Shown here piece by piece: positions 27,642 through 35,852 of a stretch of 35,852 bases of DNA. Position 1 is the stretch's first letter. Each line of letters begins with the position of its first letter. The notes under the pieces are model-generated. The model saw only the letters and a list, made by a program, of their open reading frames with translations, did no database searches and was not told where the DNA came from. This DNA comes from an uncultured Candidatus Saccharibacteria bacterium (GTDB lineage: Bacteria > Patescibacteriota > Minisyncoccia > CAIUEV01): positions 2,108 to 37,959 of the forward strand of contig CAZRPR010000006.1 in NCBI GenBank assembly GCA_964602125.1, written 5' to 3'. Both the position numbers and the translations under genes were made by a program.

Positions 27642-29036
27642 ATGGAAAAATCGGCCAATCAAAACCAGAATTCGCCGAATCAAACTAAAAAGAAATGGTA
27701 CAAAAAAATAAGATACTGGATCCTCATTATATTTGTTATGTTCCTAGGGCTATGCGTGATAGGTTATATCGGATCAAGAGGCGTACCAATGCTAAGATCA
27801 ATGGGTTTATCGAAAGAATTTCGTCAGTCAAACCTAAATGTTCCTGGTTACAATGTTGGTGCTAATGAGAATGTAAGGGTTTACCAAAATAGCAATTTTC
27901 TGCAAGAAGTAAAAGCAAATGATAAAGGTGAGTTTCAAGTGGCATTAAATCTTACCGAGGGAGAGAATATTGTATATATGGAAATACTCAAAGACGGTAA
28001 GACAAAAAAAAGTATTGATTATAAATTTGTTTATTATCCCGAAAAACAAGCTGGGATAAAGTCAGAAAATGAACAATCTTCTGAATCTAATCAACCGGAT
28101 CAAAAACAAACCGAAGTAAGGAATCCATTCGAAAAAGACAATAAAAATGGAAATAACATCAACGCAAAAGAAAATAAAACAGAACCCGCAAAAAAAGAAG
28201 CTATTTTATCCCTTAGAGATAAATCAGGAAAAATACTTGTACAAGATATAAATATTTGGAATGGAGCTGGAACAGGTGGAAACATCATGGCCATAGGAAC
28301 TGTGCCTGATGGTACTAAAGTTGAAGTCTTGGAAATTAAGACTGTTGAAGGAATTGTTTATTATCGCATCAAGTCATCGGTGGGCAAGGTCTCTATTTTA
28401 CCTACCACTTTTGCCGCCAGAAAAAAAGCGATGGAGGAGCGGCCCGAGAGCGAATGGAATATTGATGCTGATCCAAGCTTTCCAGTTGAAGGATGGGTAA
28501 CTGGCAGGTCTATTCTAAATGAATCTAATCAACCGGATCAAAAACAAACCGAAGTAAAGAATCCGTTCGAAACAGCTGATGAAATAAAAGATAATGTTGA
28601 TACAAAAAAAGAAGAAACTTCGGTAGATAAAATCAATTCCATTGTTAAAAATATTGGAGACAAGTTAGAAGTAAGTGTATGGGATATAAAACAGAATTTT
28701 GCCAAGAATAACACACCACCCCCTTACGAAATAATAGTTAATGCTGGCCCAGGGTACATTGCTGATTGCTATTATGCCAAACAAACAGGGTATGAAATAA
28801 TGAAAAAACTATACACGGATGATTTAGTGAAAGATAAAATTGCACGAGTGAAATTTACTTCTTGGGGGCAATTAAAAACAAGTGTTGGATCAGAGGATGG
28901 TTTAAAAACGCCATGGAATATGAATGGTCCAACTAATTACTGGACTGTTATGCTTAATTTGAAAGAGAGTCAATATGAAAAAGGTCCACTCAATCAAAGG
29001 ACTTGGGGTGAATATATAGACAGCGGTTGTTATTAG
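27642..29036 (+). CDS. Membrane-anchored modular surface protein (Ig-like, SH3b-like and unknown C-terminal domains)
   Basis: KKWYKK + TM helix; ANDKGEFQVALNLTEGEN Ig-like segment; IGTVPDGTKVEVLE...YYRI...EGWV SH3b-like segment; duplicated linker. Confidence 0.75.
   Translation: MEKSANQNQNSPNQTKKKWYKKIRYWILIIFVMFLGLCVIGYIGSRGVPMLRSMGLSKEFRQSNLNVPGYNVGANENVRVYQNSNFLQEVKANDKGEFQVALNLTEGENIVYMEILKDGKTKKSIDYKFVYYPEKQAGIKSENEQSSESNQPDQKQTEVRNPFEKDNKNGNNINAKENKTEPAKKEAILSLRDKSGKILVQDINIWNGAGTGGNIMAIGTVPDGTKVEVLEIKTVEGIVYYRIKSSVGKVSILPTTFAARKKAMEERPESEWNIDADPSFPVEGWVTGRSILNESNQPDQKQTEVKNPFETADEIKDNVDTKKEETSVDKINSIVKNIGDKLEVSVWDIKQNFAKNNTPPPYEIIVNAGPGYIADCYYAKQTGYEIMKKLYTDDLVKDKIARVKFTSWGQLKTSVGSEDGLKTPWNMNGPTNYWTVMLNLKESQYEKGPLNQRTWGEYIDSGCY
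28082..28572 (+). repeat. 53-bp intragenic direct repeat (2 mismatches)
   Basis: 28082-28134 and 28520-28572, 438 bp apart, encoding ESNQPDQKQTEV(R/K)NPFE. Confidence 0.92.
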
Positions 29037-29082
29037 AGCTTATTGAGATAACTTTTTGATAAATAATAATTAAACTAAATAT

Positions 29083-29406
29083 ATGAAAAAAGAAGAAGTC
29101 CCTAATCAGGTTAAGAAATGTCCTTATTGCGCGGAAAAAATAAAAACAGAAGCCATCGTTTGCAAACATTGTGGAAGAGATCTTAGCTCTTACATGAAAC
29201 AAGATGGACCTGAAATTAATATAAAGAACAATCCTTCATATACTTCTTTAACAATTCTTTCTTTTATTCTACCTATTATAGGAATTATCTTGGGCATTGT
29301 ATACCTTACAAAACCTGATAGGCCGGCTAAGAAGTTCGGGGAACATCTTTTGGCAATAGGGATCTTGGGTTGGATAGTATTATCAATCGTTTTTTCTATA
29401 TTTTAA
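29083..29406 (+). CDS. Zinc-ribbon membrane protein
   Basis: CPYCAE...CKHCG followed by two TM helices. Confidence 0.8.
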   Translation: MKKEEVPNQVKKCPYCAEKIKTEAIVCKHCGRDLSSYMKQDGPEINIKNNPSYTSLTILSFILPIIGIILGIVYLTKPDRPAKKFGEHLLAIGILGWIVLSIVFSIF

Positions 29407-29423
29407 TTTTTCACTAAAAAGAA

Positions 29424-29903
29424 ATGCAATCTGAAATAAAACAAGGAATTAAGGCGGTAGGTTGTGGAATACCTCTCTCGATAATTGTTCTTATCATTAT
29501 CCTTATTTTTATAAGGGAATTTAATTCAAATAACGATGTTGAGAACAATGTAGACAGTGGTTTCAAGAGATCGGATTTTAGTAATAGTGGAATAAATAAA
29601 GTTAATAATGATTCTACAAGTAAAAAAGCAAAAATAGATATCCTTAGCCATAGTGTTAAAAAAGTTTACGGAAACACTAGTATAGTAGGAGAAGTTCAAA
29701 ATAATGGAAGTTCTTCCGTTTCTTTTGTAAAAGTTACGGCAACATTTTATGACACGAATGGTAAGGTAGTAGACACTTCTTTTACTTATGCGGGTGATAC
29801 TGCCAATACTCCCTTGAGTCCCGGAAAGAAGTCCCCATTTGAGATAGGTTTGATAGGAAATACGCCCTTTAACACTTACAAACTCGATGTAGACTGGAAT
29901 TAA
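29424..29903 (+). CDS. FxLYD-domain exported protein
   Basis: N-terminal TM; IVGEVQNNG...VTATFYDTNGKVVD...LSPGKKSPFEI. Confidence 0.8.
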   Translation: MQSEIKQGIKAVGCGIPLSIIVLIIILIFIREFNSNNDVENNVDSGFKRSDFSNSGINKVNNDSTSKKAKIDILSHSVKKVYGNTSIVGEVQNNGSSSVSFVKVTATFYDTNGKVVDTSFTYAGDTANTPLSPGKKSPFEIGLIGNTPFNTYKLDVDWN

Positions 29904-29946
29904 GTGAACTTTTTTTGTAAAAAAATAAAATTCAAACATTTAATTC

Positions 29947-31389
29947 TTATTGAGCTGTAATCAATACCCCAGCCACAGGCTTTTTGGCTCTTTTCTGAAT
30001 CTCGGTAAGATTAATTGAAAAAGCGTCAGCCAAATCATCATACTTTTCGATTCCAAAATTCACCAGCTGGTCAATCAAAATTTCTGTTCCTTTTTCGGGG
30101 AAGAACACTTTCCCTGATTGAACCAAAGCTGAAACCATTGAGAGCCGGGCTCTTTTGTCCTGGCCATGGACCATCACTCCTTCGGTTTTAAACCCTTTAT
30201 TTCTGAGCATCTCAACCATTACTCCTTGGTATCCCACATCCTCCACGAAGATATGGGGTAAATATCCCGAGTTTCGTAACCTCTCTGCAATATTAATAAT
30301 CTTCTCCTGGGTTTGGAGAGACGTTAGCCTTTTATTTATCGGACTAGGTTCAATGTATATTTGCATTTCATCGCCGTAACCATAAACGTGAGCGACAACG
30401 ATAGCCGTGTAATTAGCTGTGTCTTTCAGAGAAATGGCCAAGTCAACACCAATAGCGGTAAAGCGGTATCCCTCTCTCGGGTTGGGAAGCTTGTCGTATT
30501 TTTTAATCCAATCTCTTTGAATAACTCGATCATTGTCAGGCAAGATTGTTAAAAGGTATTCTCGATACCAGGCTTGCTCGCTTCCAACTTTGCTTTTGGC
30601 TAATTCAATGGCTTCTTTGTCGGGAAATTTTCCCAGCCACAAACACTTGCCATTTTCATCCAGCAGAGGATATTCTCTATAAATACCGTTAAAGCTTTCA
30701 TCCTTGATATCTCTTTCCAATCTCATCAGCGTTGAATCCTCATGGAGAAGGTTCCCAACAATAATTATCTTAGTATCTTTGTCTCCGGCCGGAATCACTT
30801 CCCCGGTCAGCCAATTGTGAGTTTTGTCTCTTCCTTCTTTGTTTTTAATCGAAGCCAAATCTTCAATATCGTCACAGATTATGAGATCTGGTCGATGTTC
30901 TCCGTGTCTGATTCCCCTAATACTTTGTTCGCTTGAAGCTGCCGTTATTTTTGCCCCGTACTTCGAAAGGATAATCGAGCTTGCTCCCCAGTCTCCCTTA
31001 CCATGGCGGAACGGCTCAAAATCTTTCCTTAGCAGGTCATTCCCCTCCAACTCCATCTTGATGTGCTTTAGCATCAGCCTTGCTTGCTCTTGGTTCTGGC
31101 TAAGGATTAGAACGAATTTACACCTGCCGCTGAGTACTGCCCAAATCGGATAGGATAAAGTAAAAATTGTCGACTTAGCTGAATTCCTAAAAGCTACTAT
31201 CACCGCTCTCCTAATCGCATCGTCTTCTGTTATGGAAATCATTTCCTTTTGAAATGGAGCCGTCTTATGTTTCACGTAATGGGAAAAATAGGTGTGGAAA
31301 AACCATAAGTGGCTTTTTGTAACCGTTTTCACTCTTACGTTTTGGTCCTTTATTAAAAGACTAGGAATGCTTTTTTTTGCTGGTGTCAT
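29947..31389 (-). CDS. Phage terminase large subunit
   Basis: Walker A variant AFRNSAKST, IRG..RPDLIICDDIED, RNase H-like IGVDLA ... DKRAR ... YDDLADA. Confidence 0.88.
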   Translation of the reverse strand: MTPAKKSIPSLLIKDQNVRVKTVTKSHLWFFHTYFSHYVKHKTAPFQKEMISITEDDAIRRAVIVAFRNSAKSTIFTLSYPIWAVLSGRCKFVLILSQNQEQARLMLKHIKMELEGNDLLRKDFEPFRHGKGDWGASSIILSKYGAKITAASSEQSIRGIRHGEHRPDLIICDDIEDLASIKNKEGRDKTHNWLTGEVIPAGDKDTKIIIVGNLLHEDSTLMRLERDIKDESFNGIYREYPLLDENGKCLWLGKFPDKEAIELAKSKVGSEQAWYREYLLTILPDNDRVIQRDWIKKYDKLPNPREGYRFTAIGVDLAISLKDTANYTAIVVAHVYGYGDEMQIYIEPSPINKRLTSLQTQEKIINIAERLRNSGYLPHIFVEDVGYQGVMVEMLRNKGFKTEGVMVHGQDKRARLSMVSALVQSGKVFFPEKGTEILIDQLVNFGIEKYDDLADAFSINLTEIQKRAKKPVAGVLITAQ

Positions 31390-31798
31390 TACGTTTTACA
31401 GTTAATCCCGCAAGAAGAAGGGCCCTCCGGACCGCTTCTTCTTGCTCATTAGTTAATTCTCTTGATTCATTACTTTTCTCTGTAACTTCCACTCTGGTCT
31501 TGTAGGCTTCATGCCGATGCTTGAGCCAGAACTTACTCGCTGACATATCTTTGTTTCCGATAGCCGAAATAATGCTGTATTCGGCAATGTCGTTTATTGT
31601 CTTTACTCCTTCATGAAGAGCCTGGTCGGCTTTTTCGGCAAACTGCTGGTCTTCTTTTCTCCAGCGGTAATAAGTAGCTCTGCCAACATCAATCTTTTTG
31701 CAGGCGGCCTGGACGATCGGAACTTCTCGAAGCTTTTTCAAAAGCATCTTTTTAAGAATCGCCGTTCTATCATCGGTTAAATTATTCTTCTGTTGCAT
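31361..31798 (-). CDS. Putative terminase small subunit (HTH)
   Basis: IVQAACKKIDVGRATYYRWRKEDQQF HTH and ASKFWLK helix; directly upstream of and overlapping TerL. Confidence 0.7.
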   Translation of the reverse strand: MQQKNNLTDDRTAILKKMLLKKLREVPIVQAACKKIDVGRATYYRWRKEDQQFAEKADQALHEGVKTINDIAEYSIISAIGNKDMSASKFWLKHRHEAYKTRVEVTEKSNESRELTNEQEEAVRRALLLAGLTVKRNDTSKKKHS

Positions 31799-32573
31799 GA
31801 TCTTCTATTACTGGATTAATAACTCTCTTTGCTTTCCTGCCAGTGAGTTTCTCAAACCTTCTAATAATCACTCGGCAATACTCAGGATCGATTTCCACCA
31901 TAAAACATTTTCTCTTGGTCTGCTCGCAGGCTAAAAGGGTTTGTCCTGACCCTCCAAATCCATCGTAAACTGCATCGCCAACTTTTGTGCTGTTAAGAAT
32001 TAATCTACGAAGCAGTCCCACAGGTTTCATGGTAGGGTGCTCCTTGCTTTTACTGGGTTTAGGACAAACCAAAACACTTTTGTCTTTGGATTTTCGAAAT
32101 TTATGTTTACCCACCCAGCCGTAAGCGATCAGCTCGTGCTGGGGAAGATAATCCATTCGGCCGATGACCGCATGAGTTTTCACCCAAATGAGTAACTGGG
32201 CGAATTTACAGCCAGCTTTTTTCATCCCTTCCCGCAAGGCAAAAAGCATCTTGTCGGAGTTAAAGATGTAAAAAGTGTTGCTGCTTGCTAAATATGGCTT
32301 AATCGCCTCAATCCAATCTGCAGTAAACTTTTGATATTCTTCCTCGCTTTGCACCTGGTCGTTTTGAATAATTTTTCTATCTCTTTTTTCTTTAAAGAAT
32401 CCTTTTTTCCCTTCCACATAAGCTACGCCGTATGGCATATCATTCAAAACTGCGGTGATCTCATTTTCTCCGAGCAGATTTTTCACCAGTTCCGAATCTC
32501 GCGAATCGCCGCAAGCCAAAAAATGGTCTCCGAGTTGGAAAATATCTCCCGAATTAATTAAATCTTTTTCCAT
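31782..32573 (-). CDS. N6/N4 DNA methyltransferase (DMPY variant)
   Basis: LGDHFLACGDS, NDMPYGV, HPTMKPV, YDGFGGSG, EIDPEYC. Confidence 0.88.
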   Translation of the reverse strand: MEKDLINSGDIFQLGDHFLACGDSRDSELVKNLLGENEITAVLNDMPYGVAYVEGKKGFFKEKRDRKIIQNDQVQSEEEYQKFTADWIEAIKPYLASSNTFYIFNSDKMLFALREGMKKAGCKFAQLLIWVKTHAVIGRMDYLPQHELIAYGWVGKHKFRKSKDKSVLVCPKPSKSKEHPTMKPVGLLRRLILNSTKVGDAVYDGFGGSGQTLLACEQTKRKCFMVEIDPEYCRVIIRRFEKLTGRKAKRVINPVIEDHATEE

Positions 32574-32583
32574 TGCATTAAAT

Positions 32584-33888
32584 TTAGTTGATTAATTGAG
32601 CACTCTTGCCTGTTAAAAGCTCATATCTCTTGACTATTAAATCACAGAACACTGGATCTATCTCAACCGTAAAGCAGACTCTCTGCATCTGCTCGCAGGC
32701 GACCATTGTTGAACCTGATCCTCCGAACAGATCAATCACAATGTCTCCCTGCTTAGTGCATCTCCTGAGCGGTTTTTCGTGAAGGGTCGGCGGTTTCTGG
32801 GTGGGATGTTCGTATTCCTGCGCTGGCAGTCTTTTTACCAACCAAATGTCAAACAAATCCAGAATGTCATCAATCGTTCGGTTGCCGACGCTTATTTCTT
32901 TGTTAAGAATCTCGCCTAGATTATTAATATTCGGCGCCAAATAGGGATTCCCTCTTACGGCGTAAACACAAGGCTCATAAGCTTTATTAAAAGCCGTCTG
33001 CGGAGTGACATTAAAGTTATTTTTAATCCACAAACACACTCGCTTGTTATTAAGCCCAGCTTTGCGAAACATCCCCTGCACCAGACCGACATAATTCTGA
33101 TCGCACCAATAAAAGACGTGGCAGTCTTTTTGAGCTGAATTTAGGCCGTTTGTGAGTGTTTTTGTTAAAAAAGAGGCGTATTCCTTTCGACTCAGGTTAT
33201 CTTTTGTCTTCCCGCCGTACTTTCCCTTGTTGCCAATTCCTTTGTTGTAATCAAGGGAAATGTTATATATCGGGTCGCAATAAAGCATTGTAGCTTTCTC
33301 TTTCCCCACTAGTTTTGAGATGACTGCCTGGTCGGTGGAATCACCGCAAACGAGTTTGTGTCTGCCTAATTGATATAAATCTCCCAACTTGATTTTGGGA
33401 ATTTTAATCTCGGAAATTTCTTTTTCCAGATCGAATCCGTCATCTTCCGTTTCTAAGGCGTCATCCCAAATTTTTCCTAAATCAGAATCATCAAATCCCA
33501 CGTCCAGAAGCAGTTCGATATCAAAAGACTTGAGGATCTCAAGATCCCATTCTCCCGTATTTCTATTGAGCCTTAAATTGAGTTCTTTTTCTCTTTTGAT
33601 GTCAGGAATGTTGAGATAGACGACAGGTATTTTCGTAAATCCCATTTTCTTTGCCATCGCCAATCGGAAGTGGCCGCCGATAACTATGTTTTCACGCCCC
33701 TTAGCACAATTGACCACGCATGGGTCAACTAGCCCGAACCTCTTAATACTCTCTTTTAATTTTTCTTCCGCCTGCTCATTCCATTTTCTGGGATTATAGG
33801 TGCTTGGTTTCAAAGAGCTGATTTTTACATACTCTACTTTTAGTTTCTTATCGCCTATCATTAGGCCTTTTTTACCGTCTTTAGACAT
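32584..33888 (-). CDS. ParB-like N-terminal domain fused to N6/N4 DNA methyltransferase (DPIY variant)
   Basis: LKPSTYNPR...ESIKRFG...IGGHFR ParB domain; CDPIYNI, HPTQKP, DLFGGSGST. Confidence 0.88.
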   Translation of the reverse strand: MSKDGKKGLMIGDKKLKVEYVKISSLKPSTYNPRKWNEQAEEKLKESIKRFGLVDPCVVNCAKGRENIVIGGHFRLAMAKKMGFTKIPVVYLNIPDIKREKELNLRLNRNTGEWDLEILKSFDIELLLDVGFDDSDLGKIWDDALETEDDGFDLEKEISEIKIPKIKLGDLYQLGRHKLVCGDSTDQAVISKLVGKEKATMLYCDPIYNISLDYNKGIGNKGKYGGKTKDNLSRKEYASFLTKTLTNGLNSAQKDCHVFYWCDQNYVGLVQGMFRKAGLNNKRVCLWIKNNFNVTPQTAFNKAYEPCVYAVRGNPYLAPNINNLGEILNKEISVGNRTIDDILDLFDIWLVKRLPAQEYEHPTQKPPTLHEKPLRRCTKQGDIVIDLFGGSGSTMVACEQMQRVCFTVEIDPVFCDLIVKRYELLTGKSAQLIN

Positions 33889-33985
33889 TTTGGTAAGATT
33901 AAGAATTTTAATAATTCTCTTACCTCCTGCCTCTTTCCTATGCCTATTTACTTTTACTCTTTACTAATTGTCTTTTTACGCTTTT

Positions 33986-34525
33986 CTAATATTCTTCGTA
34001 ACAGGTCTTTTTTTTGAGCTTCTTAAATTCCTTCAATACCACCGCAAGATTCTCCCAGTAGCTTTTTCCGTTGTTTTCAGCAATGATTTTTTCCAGTCTG
34101 TCCGCCAGCTTTTTTTCTAATTCTTCCGTAAAAATGTTGACGCAGATAGCATGGACCAGGATATATGGAGATATCATTTTTTGCGCCATCATCCAATAGC
34201 TGTAAGGGCCTATCATTATTCTATATCGGTGGGAGTTGCAGTTTATAACAAATGGATATCTTGGAGAGATATCCAACCTGCAGCCGACTTCTCCGAACCT
34301 TATGATTGCGTGCTCCTTAGTCCAACGATAAGGGGGCAGGTAGTATCTGGGATAAACCAAATCTCCAACAGCCATTATATCTGTTGAGAAGGACATATCT
34401 CCGATTTTCACCCTGCCCATTTCATCCAGTCTTGGATTGAAATTTTTGTTGCCAATTGCTCTTTCCATTGTTGTGTCGTGTTTAATAATTAGTTTATTAT
34501 ATGAGAAAGTGACTGTTTTCTGCAC
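33986..34525 (-). CDS. Hypothetical protein (start uncertain, possibly MERAIG)
   Basis: 179-aa ORF heading the MTase-terminase operon; no recognisable motif. Confidence 0.55.
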   Translation of the reverse strand: MQKTVTFSYNKLIIKHDTTMERAIGNKNFNPRLDEMGRVKIGDMSFSTDIMAVGDLVYPRYYLPPYRWTKEHAIIRFGEVGCRLDISPRYPFVINCNSHRYRIMIGPYSYWMMAQKMISPYILVHAICVNIFTEELEKKLADRLEKIIAENNGKSYWENLAVVLKEFKKLKKKTCYEEY

Positions 34526-34528
34526 AAA

Positions 34529-34595
34529 ATAAAAAACCGCCAGGTAAAATATGCTTAAATTGATAAAGCCTATACTTTACTTTGGCGGTTTTTAT
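34529..34595 (-). terminator. Long terminator/attenuator-like hairpin upstream of the MTase-terminase operon
   Basis: AAAAACCGCCA..GTAAA.TAT.GCTT pairs with AAGC.TATA.TTTAC..TGGCGGTTTTT; T-runs on both strands. Confidence 0.65.
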
Positions 34596-34798
34596 AATAC
34601 TGTTGTCCAAATTTTCTAACATAAAATAACCCACCCGTTCATCTTCGGTCAATAATTTCGCTCTTTTCTATTTACTTGTGACCATTAACTTTGGGTTATT
34701 TGTCTCCAAAATGAAAACACCACTGAATATAAAATAGCACATTTTTTCAAAACAGCGCAAGTTTTTGTAAAGCTAATGTATTTATATTAAATATTTTT

Positions 34799-35005
34799 TT
34801 AACTCTTCCACTCCTCATGTGATAGGATAAGCCTGTTTAATTCTTCTTTCTCACTTTGCCATTTCGGTAAATAGCTAGTAAGTAGATTCATAAATTTTTC
34901 ACTGTGTTTTTCTTCAATTAAGTGAAGTAGTTCATGCACAATCACATATTCAATACAGCTCAAAGGTTTTTTGGCCAGCTCAAGATTAAACCAAATATTT
35001 TTCTG
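34799..35005 (-). pseudogene. C-terminal fragment of a YgjP/DUF45 (M48-like) metalloprotease-family gene
   Basis: IWFNLELAKKP..CIEYVIVHELLHLIEEKH...F...LP.W; about 65 aa with the N-terminus missing. Confidence 0.8.
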
Positions 35006-35011
35006 CTTAAG

Positions 35012-35315
35012 CAAAAAGGCTAAAAAAAGAATAAGTTTTACTTTTACAAACTTATCTCTTACTCAAAAGAAATATGTGACACTGAGGCTCAGTGGGAGGA
35101 AGGTGAAAGTTGTGGGACTGCGAAGAAGTGGTGTTGATTCAATTGTTACGGTTGAATTAAAGTATGCAAAGTGGGGGCGAGGAAGCTATAATCTGGCTAT
35201 GAGTTACAAAAATCAAACTAAAGTAGCTTACAAAGACAAGAAGGGTAAGACAAAATATAAAAAAGGCTGGGAAAGAGGGAACGTAGCTCAGGACGGGGTG
35301 CTGTTGATACAATAA
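35012..35315 (+). pseudogene. Probable C-terminal fragment of a basic beta-rich protein
   Basis: About 100 open codons with no credible start; the listed TTG start lies in the antisense strand of the DUF45 fragment. Confidence 0.5.
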
Positions 35316-35443
35316 GGATTACTAGATGAAGAGTTCAATAGAAAATCTTTACTAATATTAATTATTTAATTATCGATCTTTTCCTTTTTTAAAAGATTAG
35401 TGATAGGCTTCGGTTAAATATAATTTTTCTAAAAACTAAACCA

Positions 35444-35852
35444 ATGAAAAAGATGTGCAGAAAATTGCAATTCACACTCGCACTTGTAGCTGTGACTTTA
35501 GGCCTGGCTTTTTCGGGATTGTACAATAAAGCATTCGCCGGTGCGGGAACATACGATATTGTCTACTCTATCGCTATCCAATCCGACGGTAAAATTATAA
35601 TCGGAGGAGACTTCGAAACTTACAATGGTGTTGCTAGAAACGGCATTGCTCGTCTCAACACAAATGGCACATTAGACACTAGCTTTGACCCCGGTACAGG
35701 AGCTGATAATAACATTTCGAGTCTCGCTATCCAATCCGACGGTAAAATTATAATCGGAGGATGGTTTGAAAATTACAATGGTGTTGCTAGAAAATATATT
35801 GCTCGTCTCAATACAAATGGCACATTAGACACTAGCTTTGACCCCGGTACAG
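35444..35852 (+). CDS. Secreted delta-60 repeat (DUF5122) beta-propeller protein, truncated by the window end
   Basis: Signal peptide MKKMCRK...KAFA, then 153-bp/51-aa repeats IAIQSDGKIIIGGxFxxYNGVAR..IARLNTNGTLDTSFDPGT (35571, 35724). Not in the ORF track. Confidence 0.9.
   Translation, partial: MKKMCRKLQFTLALVAVTLGLAFSGLYNKAFAGAGTYDIVYSIAIQSDGKIIIGGDFETYNGVARNGIARLNTNGTLDTSFDPGTGADNNISSLAIQSDGKIIIGGWFENYNGVARKYIARLNTNGTLDTSFDPGT

Larger units (their letters stand above)
25670..35005. mobile_element. Putative integrated phage-satellite-like or prophage-remnant island at tRNA-Ser
   Basis: LSR adjacent to the tRNA 3' end, plus terminase and MTase genes. Right border is uncertain: no att copy found, placed at the truncated-gene junction. 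Confidence 0.6.

Noticed and set aside
29526-29939. 137-aa minus-strand ORF and similar antisense ORFs (e.g. 5547-5843, 8480-8984, 25178-25516, 30155-31153)
   Set aside because: They overlap well-supported genes on the opposite strand or in another frame and have no motifs.
34700-35400. Right att copy of the tRNA-Ser 3' end
   Set aside because: No CCTCTCCGC-like duplicate found by eye, so the island 2 border is unconfirmed.

Overview
AT-rich bacterial window using the standard code (TGA = stop), with few Shine-Dalgarno sites; its gene content suggests Patescibacteria/CPR (inference). Housekeeping segments carry a hybrid histidine kinase end, a TspO-like protein, an ABC-2 transporter, murI, a P1B-ATPase with an atypical C-A-D-D metal site, tRNA-Gln(TTG) and tRNA-Ser(TGA). 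Two tRNA-anchored islands interrupt them. Island 1 (9252-21674, about 12.4 kb) is bounded by a 10-bp direct repeat of the tRNA-Gln 3' end. It encodes a winged-helix protein, a small unlisted ORF, a SpoVG-like protein, a gene II/X (Rep_trans-like) replication initiator, an HTH protein, a Type III R-M system and a large serine recombinase. The recombinase gene is cut by its own att site, so excision would give it a new 27-aa C-terminus. To the left are three Fic-HTH genes, each with its own operator-like repeat, plus relics of an older integration at the same tRNA. Island 2 (from tRNA-Ser to about 35005) encodes a second serine recombinase, a highly structured intergenic RNA (GAAA/UUCG tetraloops plus an 11-nt tetraloop receptor), three membrane/exported proteins and a ParB-MTase/MTase/TerS/TerL module with no capsid genes. 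The window ends in a delta-60-repeat secreted protein gene.
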